The notes below the pieces were generated by a model. The model saw only the letters and a list, made by a program, of their open reading frames with translations. It was not told the DNA's origin and did not search any database. A DNA stretch of 64,000 bases from the NCBI GenBank assembly GCA_964106915.2, contig OZ066921.1; one strand, 5' to 3'. Positions 44,601 through 56,721 of the stretch are shown here, piece by piece (the stretch's first letter is position 1; each line of letters begins with the position of its first letter). Both the position numbers and the translations under genes were made by a program. Source of the stretch: Podarcis gaigeae (taxonomy: Eukaryota).

Positions 44601-46140
44601 AGGGAGGACTTTGGCACTCAAGGTTAAGCCACAAGGGCCTTTTCCCAAACTTCAATCAGTGGCTGCCCCAACCATATCCTTTCCTGGAGGGCTCTGATAC
44701 AGCCAGTGTCACACAATCCTTGATGGCCTTAAGGCTAGATCACAGCCATGTGTTCTATGGGTGTTTGGAACTTCCATTGTTTCCCACTCTCAATATTGGA
44801 ACCCTGTAGGGGTAATCCGATGAAGCTAAATGCTAGAAGATATAGGACAGACAAAAAAAAAAAAAAAAAAGTACTTCTGCACATAATCCATAGTTTAGCG
44901 ATAGAATTTGCTCCCACAATATGTTGTGGCAGATTCTCCGTCATTTGAGGTTTTTAAGCAGAGGTTGGATGGCCATCTGTCACGGATGCTTTAGTTAAGA
45001 TTCCTACATCATTGGGAGTTTGATTAGATGACCCTTGGGGTCCTTTCCAACTCTGCAGTTCTATGATGGTAACCGACTTGGTTGGCTTTAAATGGGATTT
45101 AGACAAATTGATGATGAATATAGCTATCAATAGCTACTAGCCACAGTGGTTATGTGTATCACCAGGAGCACAGGCCTTAGGCCTTTGATTAAAAGATATG
45201 GTGAATCACAAGTGGGAAGAGGACTATGGCTCCCATATCTTTGTCCTGGGCTTCATATTGGAGCATCTGTTTGGCCAGTGTGCAAACTGTTATTTGAGTA
45301 GCCAAGAATCTATGGAAAAGTAAATGATATTTTTCCAATTCTAGCATATTATTCTAGCAGCTGTTAACAAATTATTATTTCCCTTGCCTTTTTGTGATAA
45401 GTTATCCTTAAGATAAACAACATTACCATATGGTCTTTGGGAGGATTATAGTTCCCCCTTTTTGGTACAACTAAATTTTAGAATATCTGAATTTCTGTAC
45501 ACATCCACATAAAGGGGAACCCGTTTGCTTGTTTGCTCTTATGACTGAATAACCCGACTCATGCCGGGAATGGAAGATCCAGGGGAATGTCTTCCCTCGC
45601 TCCCTCCCTCCGCTTTACAAGCCTAAATCAAAGATTCCTACCAACTGGGCGGACAGAAAAAGAGAAAGATGCTCGGGCCAAAGAGGCTGTTTGTTGCTTC
45701 GTTTCCGCAGGGCGGATTTCGAACGGGAGCCAACCTGCACCGATGCTGAAGAGGCCCAGCCCACCGAAACCCCACCCCGCGCGGACCTGCCGGCCTCCTC
45801 CCCGAAAGGCGAAGTAGCGGCCGCGAGAGACTTACCGGGACGCGGTCAGGGTACTTGGCCCGGATCTTGGCGGACTCCACGCAGCGGTGCTCTGCGGGGA
45901 CAAACAAGGGAGGCGCGTCAGGAGCGGCGGAGAGAGACTCCGGCCGGAGGCAGAGCCCGCGGCCCCCTACCCGCCCTTCCCACCCCCGACCCGCGGCGCG
46001 GCGCGTGTGGCGAGAGAGACGCCCCTCCCCCCGAGGCCGGGGACCAGGCCAGGCCTCATCCCTGGAGAAGGCGGCGGCGGCGGCCTCCCTCCTCCTGGCC
46101 CCTCACCCAGCGCGTGGTCCTCCTTGAACATCCACTTCAT
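41615..46140 (-). CDS. GABARAPL2: GABA(A) receptor-associated protein-like 2 (GATE-16, ATG8 family), 4 exons, 117 aa
   Basis: Exons 46140-46107, 45891-45836, 44428-44256 and 41705-41615; 354 nt. [35 protein letters not shown]...YSGENTFGI* with Gly116 retained. Confidence 0.97.
44800..45290 (+). mobile_element. Nested CR1 3' fragments
   Basis: An inner CR1 end at about 44927-45068 (ttagatgacccttggggtcctttccaactctgcagttctatgat) interrupts an outer CR1 (..aggacagacaaaa..gtacttc / ggctttaaa..ttagacaaatt). Confidence 0.7.
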
Positions 46141-46497
46141 GGCGCCGGTGCGGGCGGGGGAAGGAAGGAAGGGAGGGGCCGGCCTGTCGGTCTTCCTCTC
46201 GGTCCGTCGGGCCCGTAGTGCCACCGTCACAACAACAACAACGACGACGAGCAGCAGCAGCCACCACTACGGCACGGCGGGCGGGACTTCCGGCTCACCG
46301 TTTCCCGGCAACCACTCGGGAGCCAGGACTTCCAGAAGGTGGGGCGGAGCGGGACAGCGCAGTGGTCACGTTGCGAGGCCCGGCCCTCCGCGCATACATC
46401 TTCGCGCCCTTCCCGCGCTGATTGGTTGACAGCGCCCGGCCCGCAGTGGCGCGCGGCTGCCTGCGGCCGTTGCCCGGGTGACGGGCTGTCGCCTGCC
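46141..46497. promoter_or_regulatory. Bidirectional CpG-island promoter GABARAPL2/TMEM231
   Basis: Divergent ATGs 357 nt apart. ETS acttccgg at 46286, RFX X-boxes at 46300-46312 and 46469-46482, GC box at 46341 and inverted CCAAT near 46421. Confidence 0.9.
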
Positions 46498-49400
46498 ATG
46501 GCCTGGCTAGAGGTGGTCTCTGAGAGCTGCGGGCGGCGGCACCGGGTTGCGCTGTGCTCGCTGACGGCGCTCGGGCTGCTGCTTCTGGGCGTGCTCACCT
46601 ACGTGCCGCCGCTGCTGGTGGCCTACCGGAGCCACGGTGGGTAGCGCAGGGCCCCCAGGGCGTCCCTTCCTCATCCTGCTCTCTCCTTCCTTCCCTCTGA
46701 CCGGCGCTGCTTCTTCTTCCCTTCCAGGCTTCTGGCTGAAGCGGAGCAGCTACGCGGAGCAGCCGAGCGTCCGCTTCCGGCACGAGGTGCTGCTGGTGGG
46801 GCAGATGGAGGGCGGCGGCTTCGTGGGCTGGAGCTCCTTTCCCGCCTGCAACCGCCTCCTAGGCGACCGCCTGCGCGTCCCGCTCGTCTCGGTAGGCGCC
46901 TCTGAGCGCGTGCAAAGTGCCTCCTGCTGGGGCGGCCAGTGGGGGCGACTCTCAGGGCATCGGCCGCGGACGGGTTTCCTCCCTCCAGTAGCCCTTTAGA
47001 TCCTCCGGTAAATAGGAGCCGGGCATGAGCAGCCTTGGCGATGATGACTGCTGAGCTCAGGCTCTCTGCGGGCTCGGAGTTGACAGCAACTATAGCCACA
47101 AAAGAGTGACTCTTTGCCCAGCTGGAACCCCCGCCCAGCTCCCAGTACAGTATGTTCTCTCTACGATGAAAGGCTGAGTGGAGGTTGCTGGTCTACAGTA
47201 GCCTTTTCCTAGAAACACCTCCTGGCTGCCCTTTCTCTTGGTTTCCAGGTGCGTTTGGAAGAACATCACCTGCTCCCATATCTCCTTCCTAACTTCCTGT
47301 GATAATGGCAGACTCAAGGCTGTGCTACTCCTGTACTGTCTAGATGAGAACGCAATTTTCTCAGCCAATAAAGACCCCTAACCTCTTCCTAACCCAACTG
47401 GTTTTCAGTAGCCAGGGTAAACTTTGGCCCAATTTGCTGCTGGTAGCCAGTTCATTGATGACAGGTCTCTCCTGTTTGAATCAGAGTGCACGTTTCCCGT
47501 ATCAAAGGATGAAACAAAGTGACACTGATTGAAGTTGGAGATGATTGAATTTCTGACACCTCAGACTGGCCCTGTGGTCAAAGCTGTGGCTCGCAAGTTG
47601 AATAGATGAGTGATTTTATCCACAGAGTGTATTGCAAAATCATGGAAGTGGGTAATCGAGGCTTCAAGTGGGGTTCAACTGCTTTTCCTGGGCAGTCACC
47701 ATCTAGGATGGCTGCACTGGGTGAGCCAAGACGGAGATGGTTGCTGCCACAACATAGTCCTTTAAAATGAATCTGTTTGTCTGTTGGTGTGAGGCAAAAA
47801 GTGTCTGTGCTCTGCTTTGTCTGCCTACAGCAGGAGACTTGCTAATGAAGCAGTGGGAGGAAGTACGGTACCTGAGAGCAAATGGGCTCATGGCTGTCAT
47901 GCCACTGGTTAATTAGGCCATAGACCTTGATGGGAAATCAGTGACTCTCCAGATGTTGCTGGCATCACCCTTTGATGAGAGTCCTGTAACATCTGGAGAT
48001 TCAGTTTGCTCCATGGGTCTTTGGCTTCTAGGTCACTGATTTCAGCAAATCTGACATGATTATGGAGGCCCCCAAATCCCAAACTTACTCTGAACAACCA
48101 GCATTAAACTGGATGACTTGAAGGCTGCCTCAGAGACCAATTTGAACCTGAGCCTTTTGTGGCCAGGCCAGAACAGAGGGACTGGGCAGGTGGGGGCCTA
48201 CTCCAAGTTCCCTAGCAAAGGCAAAGGGGAAACGTTTGGTAAAGAGTATTGAACATTTGGGTTAAAGCCTCAGTGCCTAGGACTTGCCGATCGAAAGGTC
48301 GGCGGTTCGAATCCCTGCGGCGGGGTGCGCTCCCGCTGCTTGGTCCCAGCGCCTGCCAACCTAGCAGTTCGAAAGCACCTCCAGGTGCAAGTAGATAAAT
48401 AGGGACCGCTTACCAGCGGGAAGGTAAACGGCGTTTCCGTGTGCGGCTCTGGCTCGCCAGATGCAGCTTTGTCACGCTGGCCACGTGACCCGGAAGTGTC
48501 TCCGGACAGCGCTGCCCCCTGGCCTCTTAAGTGAGATGGGCGCACAACCCCAGAGTCTGTCAAGACTGGCCCGTACGGGCAGGGGTACCTTTACCTTTAC
48601 CTTTATTGAACATTTCCCATGTGGCCTGGGCTTATCATCAGTTTTGCATGATCCTGTAGGTGGCTGTATTCTGCCATTGCAACGGTCCTTTGGTGCAGGC
48701 ACCTTGGCCTATATTGAATCTAGCATCTGTATTGGGGTGCGTGTTTCCTCTTTACCTGGCGTTGCATCTGTGTAGCTGACATGTAATTGAAATTATTGCT
48801 AAGAAGTTTGCTTTAATAAAAGTTCCTGTTATGCTTGCTAGGCTAGAGAGGAAGACTCAAATCAAGATGGAATGATGGACCTGTTAAATTTTCGCCTGGA
48901 GCTTCCACTTCAAGCTACAGAGCAAATAGTTGGGATCCAGCTCATTCTGACATTTACCTATCAGTTGCAGGTGAGTGCCACAAGCCATAGCTTTCTAGGT
49001 GCCACTCAGTGTTTGAGGAAAGGCAGCCTAATCCTCTTACTTGCTGTGGTGATGGCGGCTGCTGTTTCATTTACTCAGTATCCCATGCTCAGCTAGTAGA
49101 ACAGCTTTCTATGCAGGTTTTTTGGTGAGGGGAGGTCATGGTTGGGAGGAGTTAAGCCTCCCTTCCCCAGCTGTGACACATGCACACAAACTGCAATTAA
49201 GCTTTGGTATTCTGAATGTTATGTTTGTATCACTTGTAGAATGATTAAGGCTGAGCCTTAAACCTTTCCTTATCTCTCTCCCCCTCTATGATCCCATTTC
49301 AGAGAATGTCTACATTCGTGATGCAGTGCATGGCCTTTTGGCAGGCCTCTTCCCCTTTGCCAGGGTCAAAGGTCTTTGTGAGTGGAGACCTGAAGCTTCA

Positions 49401-52397
49401 CCAGAGGCAGCCGCTTAGCCATACTGGGCTGGACAGCAGATATAATGTGAGTGGCCTTTTACATTTCAGTCCTTCCAAGCAGTTTTGTTGCCCTTTGTGA
49501 TGTCTTTTCCACTGCAACTGATGCTGCTGGAGTCATGCACTAATTGAAAAGTGTGATCATGCCAGTGAAATGTGCACTGTTTGATATTCAGGTTATACAA
49601 CGGAGGAGATACTAATTTCACATAGCGCTCACCTAGGTAAAGGTAAAGGGACCCCTGACCATTTGGTCCAGTCGTGACCGACTCTGGGGTTGCGGAGCTC
49701 ATCTCGCTTTATTGGCCGAGGGAGCCGGCATACAGCTTCCGGGTCATGTGGCCAGCATGACTAAGCCGCTTCTGGCAAACCAGAGCAGCGCACGGAAACG
49801 CCGTTTACCTTCCCGCCGGAGCGGTACCTATTTATCTACTTGTACTTTGACGTGCTTTCGAACTGCTAGGTTGGCAGGAGCAGGGACCGGGCAACGGGAG
49901 CTCCCCCCTCCCGGGGATTCGAACCGCCAACCTTCTGATTGGCAAGTCCTAGGCTCTGTGGTTTAACCCACAGCGCCACCCGCATCCCTAGCGTTCACCT
50001 ATGTCACAACAATTTACCTGTACTGTGGTATTGCCAAGCAACAATCTCATAAAAGGCTAAAGAAACTTCAGGAAGTCTAGTGATCTCTTTGACCACCACC
50101 CATTCTAGCTGGAACATGACTAACCTGAATAGGAAGGGGTATTGTTAGGGCTGAAGCAGGCAGGGGCCCTTCTGGTCTGCATAACTCTTATCTCTTGCCT
50201 GAGACTTACATTGTGTTGCCTGCCCCAACATGTCTGTTCTTTTTTAATACAAAGTGTTCTCATTGTGACAGGTATCTGTGATCAATGGTACAAGCCCTTT
50301 TGCCCAGGACTATGATCTTGTGAACATTGTTGCAGCATATCAGGAGAGGAATGGTGAGTTTGCATTATGCACAGTCCTTTCTAGGTTAACTGATACTTGT
50401 TTTTCACCAGCTATTTCAGAATTATGACCAAATGCCTACAAGGTCTTTGTTGTTTCCTTTGCAGTCACAACAATTTTGTCTGGTCCCGGCCCTATCTGGG
50501 TGGTTGGAAGAGCACCTGATGCACCGTTTGTGGTCCAGACAACCATCCACTACCCTGTGGAACTGATCCTATATCCTTTGGCTGCCAGGTGGTTGTAGTT
50601 TGGCCCGCTTGGTCTCAGTCTGGCATGAAAGTGGTGGAAGCTGTTTTGAGCTGTGCTTGGCAATCGTGGCACTTGGTAGGTAGTGTGCTACAATCTGAAT
50701 GTGGAGAATGTAGCTGCTGCTGGGTTGGACCAATAGAGAAGAATGCCTGATGAAGAATTCCATGAAACTTGCCTTGAGGCAAGGTGGTGTCACTGTAGAC
50801 CACCAAAGGTGGTTGATTGAAAGAAGATTGAGTAGAGGAATGAAATCAAGAAAGCATCCAAAATAGGAAATGTTGTAGCTGTGGTTGACTTCAACTACCA
50901 TCACATAGACTGGCTACATATGTATTCCTGTCTTGACAAAGAGATAAAATTTCCAGATACCTTAAATGACTGTGCCCTAAACAGTTTGTCATGGAATCAA
51001 CCAGAGGGGACAGTGACCTGGGATCTGATGGTGCCCAGCACCCTTGTGCAAGATGTAAGTGTTGTTGAACCAGTTGGGAACAGTGACCATAGTGCTATTA
51101 GTCAATTGCTAGGAAAGTCCAACACACAGTCACTTTTGACTTCAAAAAAGGAAATGTCCCTAAAATGTAAGTATTGGTAAAAAGAAAGCTGATAGGCAAA
51201 GTCAAGAGGGTCAAATTACTCCAAAATCCTTGGGAGTTGTTTAAAAGCACTGTATCAGAAGCTCAACTGGAGTGTATATCACAGATCAGGAAAGGTACCC
51301 TGAGGAGCAGGAGTATGCCAGCATGACAAAGGAGTCAAATGTGTGTCAAAAGAGTATGAGACGGTGGAGATGTTGAATAAATTATTTGTATCTTCATAGA
51401 GGAAGATAATAGGAGAGATCCTAGGGTGTGAATTTAGGTACTGAGGCAGATGGCATTGATGAGAGATGTAGATTTAATAGACAAAATAAGAACTGACAGA
51501 CTCATCTCAAAAAGAATAGTATAGATTTGGAAAAGGTTCAGAAAAGTGCAATCAAAATGGTCGAGAGGAGGGAGCAACTCCACTGAGCAAAGGTTGCAGC
51601 ATATGCATAGCATGGAGAAAGTGGATAGAGGAAAGTTTTTCTTCCTCTCACATGAACTCATGGGCATCTAGTGAAGCTGAATGTGAGAAGATTCACGGCC
51701 GATAAAAGAAAATACTTCTTCACGCAGCACATCATTAAACTCGCTCTCACAGGAGGCAGTGATGGGCCCCAATTTGGATGGCTTTAAAAAATTAGGCAGA
51801 TTCATGGAGAGCAAGGCTATCAGTGGCTACTAGTCTTGATGACTATGTTCTACCTCCACTCTCAGAATCATTATGCCTCTGAATACAATTGCTGGGAATC
51901 ACAAGTGAGCAGCGTGTTGCACTGCTGTCTAGCTTGCAGGCTTCCCACACGCATCTGCTTGGCAGCTTTGAGAACAGGATTCTGGACTAGATAAGCCGTT
52001 GACCTGTTACAGAAGGCTCATCTTATGTTCGTAACTTGTATTTACATAGGGATGGGAGTTTTCCTTGTGTCTCCTATTGTTTATTGAGTGTTCTCAGCCA
52101 CCTTTCTTCTAGATGCAAGTCTAATCTCTCACTTTGCTGGTCATATGCATTTGAGGTGTGTATTCTGAACTTGTGTGAAGACACTTGAAAATCGAATTTT
52201 CCTTGACTCTTGCTACATATCAGCCAGGTTTCTGGGAGATGATTAAGTTTGCCTGGATTCAGTATGTTGCCATCCTGCTGATCTTTCTTTGGATTTTTGA
52301 AAGAATAAAAATTTTCCTTTTCCAGAATCAAGTACTAAGCACAGTACCAGTGACACCAGTTCCCCCTGGATTGTCATATAAAGAGCACCAGTCCTGA
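46498..52397 (+). CDS. TMEM231: Transmembrane protein 231 (ciliary transition zone), 7 exons, 314 aa
   Basis: Exons 46498-46636, 46728-46891, 48842-48970, 49303-49446, 50272-50353, 50465-50570 and 52217-52397; 945 nt. Motifs [30 protein letters not shown] and [16 protein letters not shown]. The last intron is AT-AC. Confidence 0.95.
48259..48603 (+). mobile_element. Sauria SINE (subtype B), slightly 5'-truncated
   Basis: B box GGTTCGAATCC and (ACCTTT)n tail. 12-bp TSD tattgaacattt at 48247-48258 and 48604-48615. Confidence 0.93.
49636..49988 (-). mobile_element. Sauria SINE (subtype A), full length
   Basis: 13-bp TSD with one mismatch, tagcg(c/t)tcaccta, at 49623-49635 and 49989-50001. Confidence 0.93.
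50571..52216 (+). other. U12-type (minor spliceosome) AT-AC intron of TMEM231
   Basis: Donor ATATCCTTT at 50571, branch site TTCCTTGAC at 52199-52207 and acceptor AC at 52215-52216. Splicing restores the frame ELIL-YQPGFW. Confidence 0.93.
50860..52030 (+). mobile_element. Internally deleted CR1 LINE
   Basis: Endonuclease remnant DFNY..IDW...VGNSDHSAI at 50881-51100, an RT C-terminal fragment at about 51500-51830 and a 3' tail ..ggactagat..cttatgttc. Confidence 0.8.
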
Positions 52398-52434
52398 ACA
52401 TGCTCCTAAAAATACCTAAAACTCCAACAGGATG

Positions 52435-52440
52435 AATAAA
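52435..52440 (+). terminator. Candidate TMEM231 polyadenylation signal
   Basis: AATAAA 38 nt after the stop. A second AATAAA lies at 52847-52852. Confidence 0.55.
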
Positions 52441-53652
52441 TATCCCATGCTTTCACTTTCTTCTTCAGCAGCTTTGCACATTGAAGATGAGGAGGCACCT
52501 GTGTGTTTGTGGTCAAGGCAAGAGTGAAAATAACTCTGTATGTCAGTTCCACTTGAGGTGCTATTTGAGCAGCATATTGGGAACCTAATTTGCTGCCTTG
52601 CATTTTGTCTTCAGTTGTATATGAAACACTATCTGCACACACTCAGATAGTGGCTGAAGGAGCTTCAGTTGATAATGAGATATACTGTTTTAAGTAAATT
52701 CATTCTCTTTAATACTTTTATAATGGATTATGTTTTGTTATTTCTGCACTGAATTTCAGGCTTGCAGGTTTGGTTAATCCCCTGTTGTTGTAATCCTACA
52801 TAGGGATTTTAACATAGAAACAAACACACCCGTGTTAAAAGGCAGCAATAAAATTGCATTTCCAAGAAGGCAGCATTAGCTGGTCTGTTCAGTCTGAGAG
52901 GACAAGGGTAGGGAGAAGCCTGCCCACCTCCCACAGCAGAGCAAGCATGCCTGTTTTGTACAGTTTAGTTCATTTATTCTCACTCTCCAGCATGTTCCTA
53001 GGGTGGTTTACAAAAAAGTTAATGTTAAAACAAATGTTAAATAAACAGTGAAACACCACAAATTAAAAGCATTTAGCAGACATAAAACAAATGCAAATCA
53101 TGAAAGATGAAAGTAATTAACAGAAGATTTTAAAAGCCTGGATTTAGTTTAGTTTTTTTTAATTTATTTTTAGCAAAACTGTCTTCCCTGGGAGTCAAAA
53201 TGACATCCTGGAAACTTGCGCCTGGACATAAAATGGTGTATCCTGGTGAGGTATTTTCAGTTTCTTGTCCCCCAGAAGATTCCTATACATAGCTAAATAG
53301 TGCAAAGGAGGCAACTGTGGAAATTGTAAAAAAATTTGTTCCAGTAGGAACAACAGCAAGGGAAGCATAACTTTTATTAGAATCAACTAAAATGTTACAA
53401 AGTAGTGAGCAAGACTGAGTTCTCCAGAAGTCTTCTGCAACAAAGTAATTTGCCACTAGAATGAAAAAATTAGAGGGGGAGCAGGCAGTGTTTGTAAAAC
53501 AGCCTTAAAATGTAATGTAGGCTCAATTAGGCTAGAACTGTGCATTACTGGAATCAGCCAGCACTCCACCACAGAGCAGAATTGGGTCTTCTGTAAAGCC
53601 AGCCATCCAAGCGTAAGAGACAGGTTCTGATTGGGGCCAGTGGTGTTTTCTA

Positions 53653-53790
53653 GGAACCATAGGAAGCTGCTTTATATTGAGTCTGATTCATCTAGCTTGG
53701 TATTATCAACTGGAATCTTTCCCAACCCTATTGTGGAGAGACTGGGGACTGATGCTTTGCATACAAAAACATCGTTAGACTGTGCTATAG
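53653..53790 (-). mobile_element. Degraded Squam3-like SINE
   Basis: ggaaccataggaagctgctttatattgagtctga is the reverse complement of the Squam3 3' end. Confidence 0.55.
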
Positions 53791-54099
53791 TTTAGCATTT
53801 CCCCTTTGCCTTTAGTGCATTTTGCTGTTAATGTTTTATGGCAGTTTATGAGAAAAAGTCAGTCTCTGCTCTTATTGGTTGCAGCCAAAAGGCTGCTCGG
53901 GACTGCATAGAATGTAAAAAAAATGACCGGCGTCCCCCCTCCCCCAAGTTGAAGGGCATTGGCGTTCAATTGTGTGTATGTGGGGCGGGGCTTACCTCCC
54001 CCCCCTTATTTTATTCAAGTTGGCACTCCTGCGAGAAAGTATTTTATATACTTTTATAAATAAGCAGTGGGGGGCAGGAAGAGAGTGATGGGCAACTAC

Positions 54100-55400
54100 A
54101 GCTGCCTCGTTTACATTGCGGGGGGAGAGGCGGCAGGCTGCACTTTGCATTGCTGCCTCGCCCCCGTCCTTTCACCGACTGCAAATCAGGCGCCAAAGCG
54201 CTGGCCCGGCGTCCTAAGGCCTTCGCATGCATGAGGCCCTTAGGAGGTCTACAAGCAGCCCTGCAAGGTAGACCCGATCAGTGTCGAGTCTGCTTCCTAG
54301 TCCACTACAGGGCTTGCTACGGCCGCAGGCTGCACGAAGCAGCGGGCCTGGTCTACGCGGCTCCTTCTTGCCCTTAAAGCCGCGGGACGGGCGCCTGAGC
54401 GGCAGCGTGCGCGAGAAAGGCGGGTCAGCATCCCGAGTCGAGCAGCCTTGTCGGGAGCGCACCGACGCGGACTCCGCCTCCCCGCGTGTTGGTAGCGCCG
54501 TCGGGTTCCTCCCCCCTCCCCCCGGTGTGGCATCCCCTCACCAAGCATGGGGGGGGGGGCGAAAGGCCGGCCACGCGTAGTAAGCGAGAAGCAGCGCCCC
54601 CGTCGTCCTTGGAGCTCTCGGCTGATGGGCGGAGATGGAGGATGGCGGAGCCTGGACGGCGCGCACCACCTTGCAGGGGGCTGGCCTGGGCGCAGAGCCC
54701 ACCTCCCGCAGAGGGGGCTGCTCGGCCTCCCGCCCTGGACCGGCCCCTCCTTGGCGCCTCCCTCCGGCGGCCGCTCCGGGACGCGGCGGCGGCGGCGGCC
54801 ACGTCTGAAAGCGGCTCATTGTCTGTCTGCGGAGCAGCGGCGGCGGCACCTGGAGCGACCCGGCGAGGGCAGCAAGCCAGTCAGCCAGCGCGCCTCAGCC
54901 CCCAGGCCCCGCCTGCCCCCTCTTTTCCAAATTCCCCACGTCTCTGAGGAAAGCGCTCGTGAGTCTTGGCCGAGGTGAGGAGCCGAAACGGGGCAGCCGC
55001 GGGGACTCCGGCCCAGGACGGCAGCTGGGGGTTCTGCCTCCCCCACCGGGTTCTCCCGGGGGCAGCAGCAGATTCCCTCTGCTTGGCCATCTCCCTCCGC
55101 CCGCCCTCGCTCTCCTCCACCTCCTCCACTCATCTCGTGCGGGACCGGAGAGTCAGGCCCGCGCGGCGTCGAGGGCTTCGAGGCGCGGCAGGCGTAACTC
55201 AGAGAACGAAAGAAGCCGCGACGGCCTTGGAGCGCGTGCAGAGTGCGCCCTTATCCAAGCAGCGTCCTCTTGGCGGACCCTGGCTGAAGCCCTGGCGCAT
55301 CTCAAGCAGCCGCCCTTAAGCTCTCGGGTCGGGAGAAACGTGCATCGCTCTGGGCTTCCTCCTGCAACTGCCTGCCTCGCTGCTTGGCGGTGCATGGCTC
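54100..55400 (+). promoter_or_regulatory. CHST6 CpG-island promoter with probable non-coding first exon
   Basis: Dense CpG. Strong donor GAG|GTGAGG at 54975 and strong acceptor ctctcttttttcctccAG ending at 56700, just upstream of the CHST6 ATG. Confidence 0.72.
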
Positions 55401-55704
55401 ACTTTGGCACAGCTCCGGGGTCTCTTCCTCCTCCTGGCACTGGTTGCAGTTGGTATCTTTTTGCACAGGCTCTGCTTGGAAGTTGACTCTGAGTGGGTCA
55501 TATGTCACGGGAGAAGTTATGCTTTACTTGAGTTTGTTTTTAGTGGGGGGGGGGGAGTGATGGTTACTTGCATTTTCTGCACAGATTCTGCAAATGAACT
55601 AGAACTGTACCCTATACTCTGCCTTGAGTTTCTTGGAATAAAGGTGGGATAGAGCTATGGACAACAAATAAATACTTAAAAAACAGATTTGTCCATCTCT
55701 GTAT

Positions 55705-56035
55705 CTAATGGTCAGGGGTCCCTTTACCTTTACATTTACTTGCCAATCAGAAGGTCACGGTTCGAATCCCCATGATGGGGTGAGCTCCCGTTGCTCGGTC
55801 CTTGCTCCTGCCAACCTAACAGTACAAATGCACGGAAGTGCAAGTAGATAAATAGGAACCGCTCCGGCATTTCCATGCGCTGCTCTGGTTTGCCAGAAAC
55901 GGCTTAGTTATGCTGGCCACATGACCCGGAAGCTGTACACCGGCTCCCTCGGCCAGTAAAATGAGATGAGCTCCGCAACTCCAGAGTCGTCCGCGACTGG
56001 ACCTAATGGTCAGGGGTCCCTTTACCTTTGCCTTT
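55705..56035 (+). mobile_element. Sauria SINE (subtype A), 5'-truncated, preceded by an extra copy of its own 3' end
   Basis: ctaatggtcaggggtccctttaccttt occurs at both 55705 and 56003. The SINE body runs from 55738. Confidence 0.85.
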
Positions 56036-56721
56036 TTACTCATTTAGTATAACTACTTCAAAGCTAAAGGAGACAAGGCTGACCTTTAGCTCTTGTCCCC
56101 TCCCCACAGCATCTCCAAAATTAGGCTGAGAAAGACCCCTGTTAGTAAACTGGTGAACCTCTATGGAGACCAACCTTTGCCAGTCTGGTGGTGCCTTCCA
56201 GATGTTTTGAACTACAAGTCTTTCACCTTGCCTATGCTGGCTGGGGCTGATGGGAGCTGCTGCAGTCCACTAGTCCCTGCACACTTTCCCCTGCAGATTA
56301 GAAGACAAGACACATCTAACTGTTTTCAAAAGATAACTTGAGATTTTCAGAATGCTAAATTGAGCTTTGGGTCTTGCATTCTGTCCTTCCACACACAGCA
56401 GAATACAATCAATGTGGAATAAAGACTGCCTCCATTGCCCTGTTTTCCCCCCACCCGAACAGCAGTGTGTTTGTTCCAAATTCTTTTGTACTCTCTGAGC
56501 ATCACTATTGTCTCATCCTCCAGCCTGCTGTTTCTCATGGCTCTCACTGACATGCATATCTGAACTGGTTAGTCGTTTCCGGGCGTTATCAATACAATAT
56601 GTATGGCAACCCAGGCTGTTACTTGTTTGCATGCAAGGTCCTTGTGTGTCATCGTCATCCTACTGAAAACTGAACAGCTCCCCCTCTCTTTTTCCTCCAG
56701 TTGTGCTCTGCTTCAGCCAGA

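Noticed and set aside
48259-48330. tRNA gene suggested by GGTTCGAATCC
   Set aside because: It is the tRNA-derived B box of a Sauria SINE, with no cloverleaf.
54150-55508. Many overlapping Arg/Pro/Gly/Ala-rich ORFs (also 18546-20206, 28446-28886 and 45691-46644)
   Set aside because: Expected stop-codon scarcity in CpG islands, with no recognisable domains.
56701-56721. ORF-track start of CHST6 at TTG 56701 (399 aa)
   Set aside because: 56701 is the first base after a splice acceptor; the true ATG is at 56722.
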